Translations under genes and position numbers: made by a program | Source of the DNA: Polyangiaceae bacterium | Lineage (GTDB): Bacteria; Myxococcota_A; Polyangia; Polyangiales; Polyangiaceae | Direction of reading: 5' to 3' | DNA length: 55,676 nucleotides | Assembly: GCA_050287085.1 (NCBI GenBank) | Contig: JBNKBE010000019.1 | Span: forward strand, 59,039 to 114,714 | The notes under the pieces: model-generated | Seen by the model: only the letters and a program-made list of their open reading frames with translations | The model's database searches: none | What the model was told of the DNA's origin: nothing | Part shown: positions 9,940 to 17,956 of the stretch, in pieces | Numbering within the stretch: position 1 is the stretch's first letter | Layout of the letters: each line of letters opens with the position of its first letter

Positions 9940-10950
9940 CTAGGGCACACACAACTCCAAGCCCAACGCGTGCGGGCAGTGGGTTTGAGCCGAACCGAAT
10001 GCGTTCATGGTGTGGAACATGCGGCACTGAAGCGTGTCCCCAGCCGCCGTCGGCGCTTGAAAGGGCTCCGTGTCTCGCGGCGTTGCCTGGCAATCGACGT
10101 AGCAAGCTGTGAAGCTATCAAAGGCAGTCGGGAACAGCTGAGAACATACGCCTTGAACCATGGTGCAATACACCTCGCATACGTCACCGCACGAGCCACC
10201 TCCACTGGCTCCCGCCGCCTGGCACCCCACTTCAGGTTCACCGAAATCCGCGACCAGCTGCGCGTGATGCAGTCGACATTGCAAAGTGTCGACGCCGTCG
10301 TCATCCGGACTGCCCGTACTCATGCCGCGATTGCACACCGCACTGCACGCCGCTGACGACGCGAACTGAGGCAAGGACGCGCAGACGTCGAGCATCTGTG
10401 TACAATACTGGTCGCATAACACCTCGTGGCTGACGGCGGGTGGTATCGGCTCACCACCTCCGTCGGGCGCCACGCTGGCATCCGGCCCCGGTGGCTGACC
10501 GCCAACGCCTGAATCGACAAGCCCCGAGTCGAGCCCGCCGTCACCGCCCACCTCGAGCGACGCATCGGAAGAGTTGTCGCCTCCTGACGCACCCCCCAAC
10601 GATGCATCGAGGTTAACGTCGTTTCCCCCTCCGTCTGCGGGCTCGTCATCCGCGTCGAGCGGACCCTGACCGCCACGATCATCGGGCTTGTCGCCGCGCC
10701 CGGAATCGTTACCACCAGCCGCATCGGCCGAGACAACTCCACCCGCGTCACGCCGCCCCCCACACCCCGCGCCAACGCAACGGCCTTCTTCGATGCCGAG
10801 GATCGTGGCGCACCCGACCGGACCCAAGAGCAGTCCGGCGAGCCCCAGACAAGCGAGCACCTGGCGGCCTTCGAAATGCCGCTGACATCGAGGGCCCTGA
10901 TAGCTTCTCGACTTGCCACTGGCGATCACATCCCATAGCTCGCTTACCAT
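9940..10950 (-). CDS. Cys-rich secreted lipoprotein of unknown function
   Basis: Hydrophobic stretch then GCATILGIEE; Asp/Gly-rich linker; two repeats of C..YC..M...C...C...C...DTLQCR..H. Start overlaps the upstream stop (ATGGTAA). Confidence 0.75.
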   Translation of the reverse strand: MVSELWDVIASGKSRSYQGPRCQRHFEGRQVLACLGLAGLLLGPVGCATILGIEEGRCVGAGCGGRRDAGGVVSADAAGGNDSGRGDKPDDRGGQGPLDADDEPADGGGNDVNLDASLGGASGGDNSSDASLEVGGDGGLDSGLVDSGVGGQPPGPDASVAPDGGGEPIPPAVSHEVLCDQYCTQMLDVCASLPQFASSAACSAVCNRGMSTGSPDDDGVDTLQCRLHHAQLVADFGEPEVGCQAAGASGGGSCGDVCEVYCTMVQGVCSQLFPTAFDSFTACYVDCQATPRDTEPFQAPTAAGDTLQCRMFHTMNAFGSAQTHCPHALGLELCVP

Positions 10951-12170
10951 ACTCCACTCCAACTGGCGCCCACTGCCAGGTCATCGCTACCACCAGGGGC
11001 CGTCATGTACAAGGTCACGCCCCCGGCGACCCCGACCGCACCGAGCGCACTCAGGAGGGTTGCCACGTTGGCGCTGGACAACGCGTCCCGACGCAGGCGC
11101 ACCCCCGTCGCGTCGCAGTCCCGCCCTCCCGACTCGCAATGCCCGTCGTTGGACTTCTGCAGATCCGAATACGCCACTGCCGCCATCACCCCACCTGCGA
11201 GCAACGAAGCCAGGCCCGCCCCCGCGACAACATACGCGGCTACTTGCTGCGACGAGGCCGCCTCCTGCTCCTCGGTCTCAGGGGTCACGCCCGCGTCCAC
11301 AACGGTCGCTTCGCTTGAAGCCGACCCCGTTTCCGGTATCCCCGACGCTGGCTCGACGGGGAGCGCAAGGGCTTCCAACGGAGCAAGGTGAACATTGTAG
11401 GGTGTGGTGGCTCCGGCTATGACGTCGACCCGCTGCAACTGCATCGCATAGCCCGGTGCGCTCGCCTGTATGGCCCAGCCCCCTGCGTCCACAGCAAGCG
11501 GGACCCCGTATTCGCCCGGGTCCAGCGGAGCCCCGTTGACGCGAACCACCAAACCCGTGGGCGCTACTGCCGGAACATGCACCGCCAAGTAGGTCAGACG
11601 CGGCTTGAGAGCGGCGGCTCGAATAAGAGCCACTTGCGCTCGCTCTTCATCCTCCCGTTCGCGCGCAACGCGCGCCGCTGCCTCAAAAGCGCGGTACGCG
11701 CTTGCCAGGCGGTCCGCGCGCTCGAGACAATCGGCGAGGTAGAGCAGGGTACCCAGTCCAGGGTCCAGCTGACGACTCGCCTCAAGCTTCTCGCACGCTT
11801 CTTCTACTCGCCCGGCGGCGAGCAGTTCGCGGCCGCGCTGAAATAGCGCCTCCGCCGCGGCCGCGGCCGCCCCCTCAGCGCCGGGGTCTGCCGGCGGCAG
11901 CGGCGGGGGTGGCGTGGGCGGAGCCAGATCGCCGTCCGGCGCGGGCTGAACAACAGCAGGTTGGACTGCTGAAACCTGCGCCGGCTGGGCTCTCCCGGAA
12001 CCGACCATGAGCCAACAAGCAAGCGTTCCGCTCCACAAGACGACCCACGACACCCGACCCCCGAAACGTCCAGCGGGCAGAGGGCGACGAGCAGCAATAG
12101 GGCGACGAGGACGAATAGAGCGACGAGCAGCCACAGAACGACGAGCAAACGACAGAAAACGGATAGCCAT
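10944..12170 (-). CDS. TPR plus PEGA-like domain protein with C-terminal hydrophobic helices (myxobacterial type)
   Basis: AEALFQRGRELLAAGRVEEACEKLEASRQLDPGLGTLLYLADC (TPR-like); beta domain ending PLAVDAG..AIQASAPGY; Gly-rich TM segments. Start uncertain. Confidence 0.8.
   Translation of the reverse strand: MAIRFLSFARRSVAARRSIRPRRPIAARRPLPAGRFGGRVSWVVLWSGTLACWLMVGSGRAQPAQVSAVQPAVVQPAPDGDLAPPTPPPPLPPADPGAEGAAAAAAEALFQRGRELLAAGRVEEACEKLEASRQLDPGLGTLLYLADCLERADRLASAYRAFEAAARVAREREDEERAQVALIRAAALKPRLTYLAVHVPAVAPTGLVVRVNGAPLDPGEYGVPLAVDAGGWAIQASAPGYAMQLQRVDVIAGATTPYNVHLAPLEALALPVEPASGIPETGSASSEATVVDAGVTPETEEQEAASSQQVAAYVVAGAGLASLLAGGVMAAVAYSDLQKSNDGHCESGGRDCDATGVRLRRDALSSANVATLLSALGAVGVAGGVTLYMTAPGGSDDLAVGASWSGVW
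12081..12156. repeat. Four imperfect 18-bp tandem repeats at the 5' end of the TPR gene
   Basis: CGACGAG at 12085, 12103, 12121 and 12139. Confidence 0.75.
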
Positions 12171-12407
12171 GGGCAACAACCCCGCGGATGCGGGAGAGCC
12201 AGTGTCGCAAATCCGCCGCCCTTGGGCCACCCCGCACTCCCCGTGGCGGGCCCGTGGGACGCAGCGATCACAGGCTGACTTCAACCGACCGGAAACTGGA
12301 GAAAGCAAAAAGAACCCCTAGCACCCGCACCCACGTCGAAACGGACCCCCGCAACAGGGCTACGCGCTGACGTTGCACGCAGGCCCGCGCCGTAGCAAGG
12401 TGGCGAC

Positions 12408-13118
12408 ATGCGCGAGTGCAACTCCAACGTACACCCACCGTCGCCCCAAAGCTCTCGGAAAAGACTCCCACCCGGCGCCGCGGGGCAGCGGCGGATCCGC
12501 GTCGGGACAGCCCTTGTAGTTGGACTCTTCGCAAGCGCCTGCAACGCGGACACCGTGCCCTATTGCGAAACCAGTCGAGACGCAAGCGCTCCGAGCGCCC
12601 GAAGTCCGCTCGGTTTCTCGGTCGCGGAGGCCTTCGAAACGGCAGTCCCAACCGCCATGACGGTCACCTGGGCGGAGCCCCCGGACTGGCTGAGCCTGAA
12701 TCAGTCGGGCACCACCACCGCGGTGATGAAGGTTCACTACGAGGGCAGCGACGTCGCTTTCATCCGCGGCGAACGCTACAACGCGGAACTCGAAGACTCC
12801 GACTACTGCCCTTCCTACCTAGAAACGAAGGTCACGTTGACGCTCGCATCCGAGGACGGGGCGCTCAACGAGGAATTCGAGGCTGAAGCTAGACTCTTTG
12901 GGTTAGACCAACTCGAGTTCAAAGGCGTGCTTGACGCAGGCGAGCTACGCGGCACTCTCGCAGTGAGCCGGGGCACCGTTTTGCAACCCGTGCTAAGACT
13001 AAAAGATGGGACGCCCGAGGGTGGAATCCGCGCCGCGCGTGAAGTCCCTCGGGGTCAGGGTTCCGCCCTGAGGCTAACCAGTATCGCGTCGTTCGGAGGC
13101 ATCGACGACAACCCATGA
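12408..13118 (+). CDS. Hypothetical lipoprotein
   Basis: Lipobox FASAC after a hydrophobic stretch; globular-looking sequence; ATGA overlap with the expansin gene. Confidence 0.7.
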   Translation: MRECNSNVHPPSPQSSRKRLPPGAAGQRRIRVGTALVVGLFASACNADTVPYCETSRDASAPSARSPLGFSVAEAFETAVPTAMTVTWAEPPDWLSLNQSGTTTAVMKVHYEGSDVAFIRGERYNAELEDSDYCPSYLETKVTLTLASEDGALNEEFEAEARLFGLDQLEFKGVLDAGELRGTLAVSRGTVLQPVLRLKDGTPEGGIRAAREVPRGQGSALRLTSIASFGGIDDNP

Positions 13119-13858
13119 CCTCACTGCCCATCCGTCGCTCTTGGCTCTGGCTTGGGGTGTTGTCCGTCTGCGGACCCCCCGCATGCGCCGACGATGGAAG
13201 AGCCACGGAGAACACGGCTGGTGGCCTGCAAGACCCCGGCGCCGTCGGCTCGACCGCTGCGCTGGGCAGCGCCTTTCAGGGTGACGGAACGTATTATGCC
13301 GCAACCGGCGCGGGGGCCTGCCTATTCGACCCGAGCCCAGGCGCGCTGCTCGTAGCTGCCGTCAGCGCCTCTCACTGGGACGGCAGCGCCTTGTGCGGAG
13401 CCTGCGCTGACGTCGCAGGCCCGGACGGTAGCGTCCGCGTCCGTATCGTAGATCTTTGTCCCGACTGCACCCCCGCTTCGCTCGACCTGAGTCCGGAGGC
13501 CTTCCAGCACATCGCAAAGCTAGAGCGCGGCCGAGTTGCGATCCGTTGGCAGGTGGTGGCCTGCGAGGTGGAGGGACCGGTCGCGTACCGGTACAAAGAT
13601 GGCTCCAATCCGTTTTGGACGGCGGTCCAAGTCCACAATCATCGCCTCCCGATCTCGCGCATGGAGTGGTCCAAGGACACCACCCATTGGGAGCCTATGC
13701 CGCGGCAAGACTACAACTACTTCCTGGCTAAGGGCGGCTTCGGTGAGGGTGCAACACAAGTCCGAATCACGGCCGCAAGTGGTCAGCAGCTGACCGATAC
13801 CTTGCCACCGGTGAAGGCGAACGCGGTCGTCGACGGCAGGGCTCAATTCGAGCAGTGA
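13115..13858 (+). CDS. Bacterial expansin (EXLX1/YoaJ-like; DPBB plus CBM63)
   Basis: GDGTYY..TGAGAC, CGACA.V.GP.GSV.VRIVD.CP.C...LDLS..AF, then YRYKDGSNPFWTAVQV.NH..PI, DYNYF. Confidence 0.9.
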   Translation: MTSLPIRRSWLWLGVLSVCGPPACADDGRATENTAGGLQDPGAVGSTAALGSAFQGDGTYYAATGAGACLFDPSPGALLVAAVSASHWDGSALCGACADVAGPDGSVRVRIVDLCPDCTPASLDLSPEAFQHIAKLERGRVAIRWQVVACEVEGPVAYRYKDGSNPFWTAVQVHNHRLPISRMEWSKDTTHWEPMPRQDYNYFLAKGGFGEGATQVRITAASGQQLTDTLPPVKANAVVDGRAQFEQ

Positions 13859-13931
13859 GCCTGGCTCGCGCACTTTGTGCGATGCGAATAGACACTGGGC
13901 CCGCCGCGTGGACTGCGCTAACGTCGCCTTC

Positions 13932-14723
13932 ATGCGCGCCATGAGCTACAACATTCTCACCGGGGGACGCGACGGCCTGGACGCCTCTCGCCTAGAACTC
14001 ATTCGTGATGTCGTCCGCGCCGAGAATGTCGATATCCTCGCTCTGCAGGAATGCAATCTCTTCGAGGCAGAGCATCAGACAACCTTTCATTGGTTTGAAC
14101 GCGAACTCGGAATGCGGGGGCTGATCGCGCGCGCCACCTCCGGCTTCAACGTCTGCCTCTATGTCCGAGAATTCCCGGTGCTGCGCAGCGTTGAAGTGAA
14201 TCAGTGGTGCCAACATGCCATGCTGCAAGCCACTGTGGCAGTTGGCTCACAAGAGCTTGAAGTATTCTGCGTACACCACAACCCGTTCAGTGGTACCTCT
14301 CGCCTGAGTGAGACGGAGTGGCTAGCCGGGTGGTCTCGCCCTGAGCGCCTTCAGCTGATCATGGGCGACTTCAACGCCAACAGCCGTGTCGATCGGGCCC
14401 ACGTCGATTTGGAGTCGCTCCCAGCGCGCTACCGTGTCCGGCAGAGTCTCCGCCAGGTTACCCCCCCGACGTTGGACACTCGCAGCATTGACGCGATGCT
14501 CGAAGCCGAATACGTCGACCTGTTGTCCCACTTTCAGACCGAGTGGACGCCCACGGTTCCAACTGGTTTGGTCGGCGACAAGAACCGCTTTCCGATGCGG
14601 ATCGACTTCATCTTCGCATCTCAGTCGCTCGCAGAAAAAGCACAAGACGCGAGAACCGTGCAAGGCGCGATAGCTGAGCAGGCCTCAGACCACTATCCAG
14701 TCGTTGCCGATTTCTACCTGTGA
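13932..14723 (+). CDS. Endonuclease/exonuclease/phosphatase (EEP) family protein
   Basis: MSYNI, LALQE, MGDFN, RIDFIF, ASDHYPV. Confidence 0.9.
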   Translation: MRAMSYNILTGGRDGLDASRLELIRDVVRAENVDILALQECNLFEAEHQTTFHWFERELGMRGLIARATSGFNVCLYVREFPVLRSVEVNQWCQHAMLQATVAVGSQELEVFCVHHNPFSGTSRLSETEWLAGWSRPERLQLIMGDFNANSRVDRAHVDLESLPARYRVRQSLRQVTPPTLDTRSIDAMLEAEYVDLLSHFQTEWTPTVPTGLVGDKNRFPMRIDFIFASQSLAEKAQDARTVQGAIAEQASDHYPVVADFYL

Positions 14724-14797
14724 AACAGGCAGCGACAAGCCGGCCCGCCACAACAAGAGGAGAAGCTGGCGTTGTCTGACTTCCCCGTTCGGGCGCC

Positions 14798-16567
14798 CTA
14801 GTGTTCAGCGGAAGCCGTCATCGCCACCGTATAGATTTGGTCACCCATCTTCTCAAAGCTCCCTAGCATCTCCATGAAGACGAGCCCCACCTGGGGCTGA
14901 CACAGGCCATCTCGCACCCGTTCGAGGTGAGATGCTCGAAAGCGATCGCGCAAGCGATTGAGCTCATCTTCCCGGCGAGCCACGTCGTCGAGGGCGCGAG
15001 GACTGGGTTCCAGGAGCAAGGTGTGCATCTCGCGGAGGTTTGCCGCCACCGCCTCAGCCATCTGAATCAGCTCGACGCAGGCCATGTCGCTGAGCTCGAG
15101 GTGCTCCTCTGCCAATCGTTCGATCAGGCGAGCCACCTTGATCGCGTGCCCCGCGGTACGAGACAAGCCGTGCACCACGTTGAGCAGCCCCAACGCCTCG
15201 CGTCCGGCCTGCACCGACAGCTGCCCATGAACAACCTGGGCTAGATAGTCTCCGATCTTGCGCTCCCGCGTAGTCGCCGAAACACGCAGGCGACTCATCT
15301 CTTCTAGCGTCGGCGGAGGCATCTCAGCGCTATGCTCGGTCGCCAACATGCGTTTTAGGCCCTCGACCATCGTAATGAGCGTGCCGGCCATGTCCTGCAG
15401 CTCACGGCGTGCAGCACTCAAGAGCAGGTCCGGAGCTTCCCCAAACGGGGTCGCCAAATACACAAGCTCACGATGATCGGCGCGGTCGTCGCCGCGCTCG
15501 GGAAGCAGGCGCACCAAGACTCGTTCGAACTGCCGACGCCCCAACAAGAAGAGGCAAGCGTTGGCGACGTTGAATACCGAATGAAAGGCAGCGGTATGGG
15601 TCGCAACCAGGGTCGGATCACCCGCCCCACGCAGCAGTACTTCGCCCGGTATCAGCCAATCGACGAAGCGGACTGCGGGTCCCAACAGGAGCCCGACCCA
15701 AAGGGCACCCACAACGTTGAAGAGCACATGTCCAAGCGCCGCGCGGCGGGCGTCAAGCGACGCACTGATGGCCGCGAGCAACGCCGTCAGCGTGGTACCG
15801 ATATTCTGTCCGAGTGCGATGGCCGCGCAGGTGGGAAAATCGATGTAGCCTTTCGCGGCGGCGGTCAACGTGACCGCCATAGAGGCCGAGGAGGACTGCA
15901 GCACCGCGGTCATGGCCGTACCAAAGAGGACACACAACATCAGCCCCGGATAGGTGCTCGGATCGAGCTGGTCCATCCACGCGTCAAGCGTTGGAACGTC
16001 CTCGATCTGCGGCATGGCGTCCCGCAGCAGGTCGAGCCCCAGCAAGAGAAAGCCGAGGCCGACCATCACCTGCCCGAAGCGACGCAGCCCTTTCCACTGC
16101 TCAAAGTACTGCGAAAAGAACCCGATCCCCACGAGGGGAGCCGCCACCGCAGTCAAGTGAACGCGAAAGCCTATCCAGCTGACCACCCATCCCGTGGTGG
16201 TCGTTCCGATGTTTGCGCCCAGGATAACACCTAGGCTCTGCCCGAGCGACATCAGGCCAGCGCTGCAGACAGCCACCACCATGACCGTCGTTGCGCTGGA
16301 AGACTGAATGATCGCGGTCAGCAGAAACCCCGACAGCGTCGCCAGAAGTGGCTTGCTCGTCGCCATCCGCAGCGACCGCCGCAAGCGTCCACCAGCGGCA
16401 CGCTGCAGGCCTTCGCTCATCGCCTTGAGACCAAACAAGAAGACGCCGAGCGCCCCTGCGATCTGCAGAATGAAACTCAGGAAGGCCAATGTGATCCCGC
16501 TCGAGACACCAGAGCAGGCCGCGAACGCTGGTCTCGACTCGCAGCCTGGCGCCCGCTGCCTGACCAC
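14798..16567 (-). CDS. Na+/Pi cotransporter family protein with C-terminal PhoU-like helical domains
   Basis: Two QSSS repeats (IQSSSAT, LQSSSAS), GANIGTT and GQNIGTT, many TM helices; C-terminal H..R...G.C....G..F......EK.GD. True start is probably about 25 codons later. Confidence 0.9.
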   Translation of the reverse strand: MVRQRAPGCESRPAFAACSGVSSGITLAFLSFILQIAGALGVFLFGLKAMSEGLQRAAGGRLRRSLRMATSKPLLATLSGFLLTAIIQSSSATTVMVVAVCSAGLMSLGQSLGVILGANIGTTTTGWVVSWIGFRVHLTAVAAPLVGIGFFSQYFEQWKGLRRFGQVMVGLGFLLLGLDLLRDAMPQIEDVPTLDAWMDQLDPSTYPGLMLCVLFGTAMTAVLQSSSASMAVTLTAAAKGYIDFPTCAAIALGQNIGTTLTALLAAISASLDARRAALGHVLFNVVGALWVGLLLGPAVRFVDWLIPGEVLLRGAGDPTLVATHTAAFHSVFNVANACLFLLGRRQFERVLVRLLPERGDDRADHRELVYLATPFGEAPDLLLSAARRELQDMAGTLITMVEGLKRMLATEHSAEMPPPTLEEMSRLRVSATTRERKIGDYLAQVVHGQLSVQAGREALGLLNVVHGLSRTAGHAIKVARLIERLAEEHLELSDMACVELIQMAEAVAANLREMHTLLLEPSPRALDDVARREDELNRLRDRFRASHLERVRDGLCQPQVGLVFMEMLGSFEKMGDQIYTVAMTASAEH

Positions 16568-16604
16568 GGCCAGGCCCCCGGTGTCAAGCCCTCAGCCGCA
16601 ATCG

Positions 16605-17552
16605 TTACTGAATGATCGGTGGAGCGGGTCTAAAACAGCCGATATTGGTCTCGATGCGAAAGTTCGACTCCGAGGTATGCCGTTCGGCGTGAAAGACATC
16701 CATGCGGTAGGTACCCCCGGGACTGATCCCCAAGGCCGCGGCCTGGTCGTCGAAATCTATCGTGCCCTCGCCCTCGTCGGCGCGGTGCATCGAGCCGCGA
16801 TCCAAAGCCAGTCGCCGATTGACGAAGATCCATAGGTCGTCATCACCACGGAAGCGGAACTTCTGTCCCGACACGTAGGTGAACAAGAGATGAATCTCCG
16901 TGGTGAACAGGAAGTTCTTTCCGTTCTGGTAGGCCCCGAAGCCCTCGTCTGCGGATAGGGGGAAGAACTCATTGGTATCGTACACGTAGACGGCTGATCC
17001 AGGAGCTGACTCCTTCAGCTCGAGCTGCTTGTCAAAGCGGTAATTGGTCCCCGGCACGTCGTGATACCAATCATGGAAGGTCTCAGCGCTCGTGATAACC
17101 GAACCCGAAGGCGTCCAGGTGGTGTCCGGAATATTCGGGTTCATCTTGTCAGGAGGTTGCCCAACGCTCTGCTTGAATACCGGGGTTCCATCGGCCCCGA
17201 GCTCTGGCTCGAGCAGATTGAGACGGACGACATCCCCTGAAAAGCCCATTTCGAAGTCCGGATGCGAGCTGTCGAAGTCGCGGTAGGTCACTTCGAGATT
17301 GGTGTCGCAATCCTCTTCGCTGTCCATGGCTTGAGCTGGCGGGGGCTCCACATCGACCACCACATCGCCGCCTTCGCTTCCGGGTGTAGCACCACCCCCG
17401 GGTGGCGACTTGGAGCCCGTCTCGCCCCCGGGTAGCGCCCCGCCCCCCTCGGCACCTGAAGGGTCATCACCTGCGGAACAAGCCACAACACTCGTGACTG
17501 CCGCAACCACCAACCAACTCCTCAAACTGGAATCAAGCACACTGGAGAGCAT
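16605..17552 (-). CDS. Fibro-slime (PA14-related) domain lipoprotein
   Basis: Lipobox VVAC; YRDF...HPDFE; F.DWY.D; NFLFTTEIH..F.Y..GQ.F.F.GDDD.WIFVN..LALD.G; FHAERHT.ESNFRIET. Confidence 0.88.
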   Translation of the reverse strand: MLSSVLDSSLRSWLVVAAVTSVVACSAGDDPSGAEGGGALPGGETGSKSPPGGGATPGSEGGDVVVDVEPPPAQAMDSEEDCDTNLEVTYRDFDSSHPDFEMGFSGDVVRLNLLEPELGADGTPVFKQSVGQPPDKMNPNIPDTTWTPSGSVITSAETFHDWYHDVPGTNYRFDKQLELKESAPGSAVYVYDTNEFFPLSADEGFGAYQNGKNFLFTTEIHLLFTYVSGQKFRFRGDDDLWIFVNRRLALDRGSMHRADEGEGTIDFDDQAAALGISPGGTYRMDVFHAERHTSESNFRIETNIGCFRPAPPIIQ

Positions 17553-17829
17553 ACTTACCGAATGCGCCTCGAGCACCGCGTTGCTGAACCTATTTCCGCG
17601 CTTGGGTCGATTCTGAACACGCCGGGATCGAGGTAGGCGCACCGCGGGGTCCCAGGCGCTCGGCGCTTTCGTACGCTGAGCAACGCCCTTTCGTCATACT
17701 GTAGCGGGCTGTCCCAATCAGATCGCGCTTGCTCCTCCGCCCCCGCCGGCGATTCTTAAGCCCGCCCGGTGTCTCACGGCTTACCCGCTTGCCGCGTCTC
17801 ACCGCGATGCACGCTTTGACCAGCTCCGT

Positions 17830-17853
17830 AAACCCCTGCAATTGCACGGGTTT
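17830..17853. promoter_or_regulatory. 24-bp near-perfect palindrome in a divergent intergenic region (candidate operator)
   Basis: AAACCCCTGCAATTGCACGGGTTT, 11 of 12 pairs complementary. Confidence 0.45.
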
Positions 17854-17956
17854 CCTTGCTCCAACCCGCCCTCGAGCCCGCTTCCGGAGGGAGCCCTCCG
17901 AGACGAAGAACGAGAGTGCGTTGCCGTCCACAGCACGCATGAGCTATTGACAGTGC

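Noticed and set aside
13932..14723. EEP nuclease or TadA as an anti-phage defence system
   Set aside because: No defence-type partners nearby; TadA has ordinary tRNA-deaminase motifs and length.
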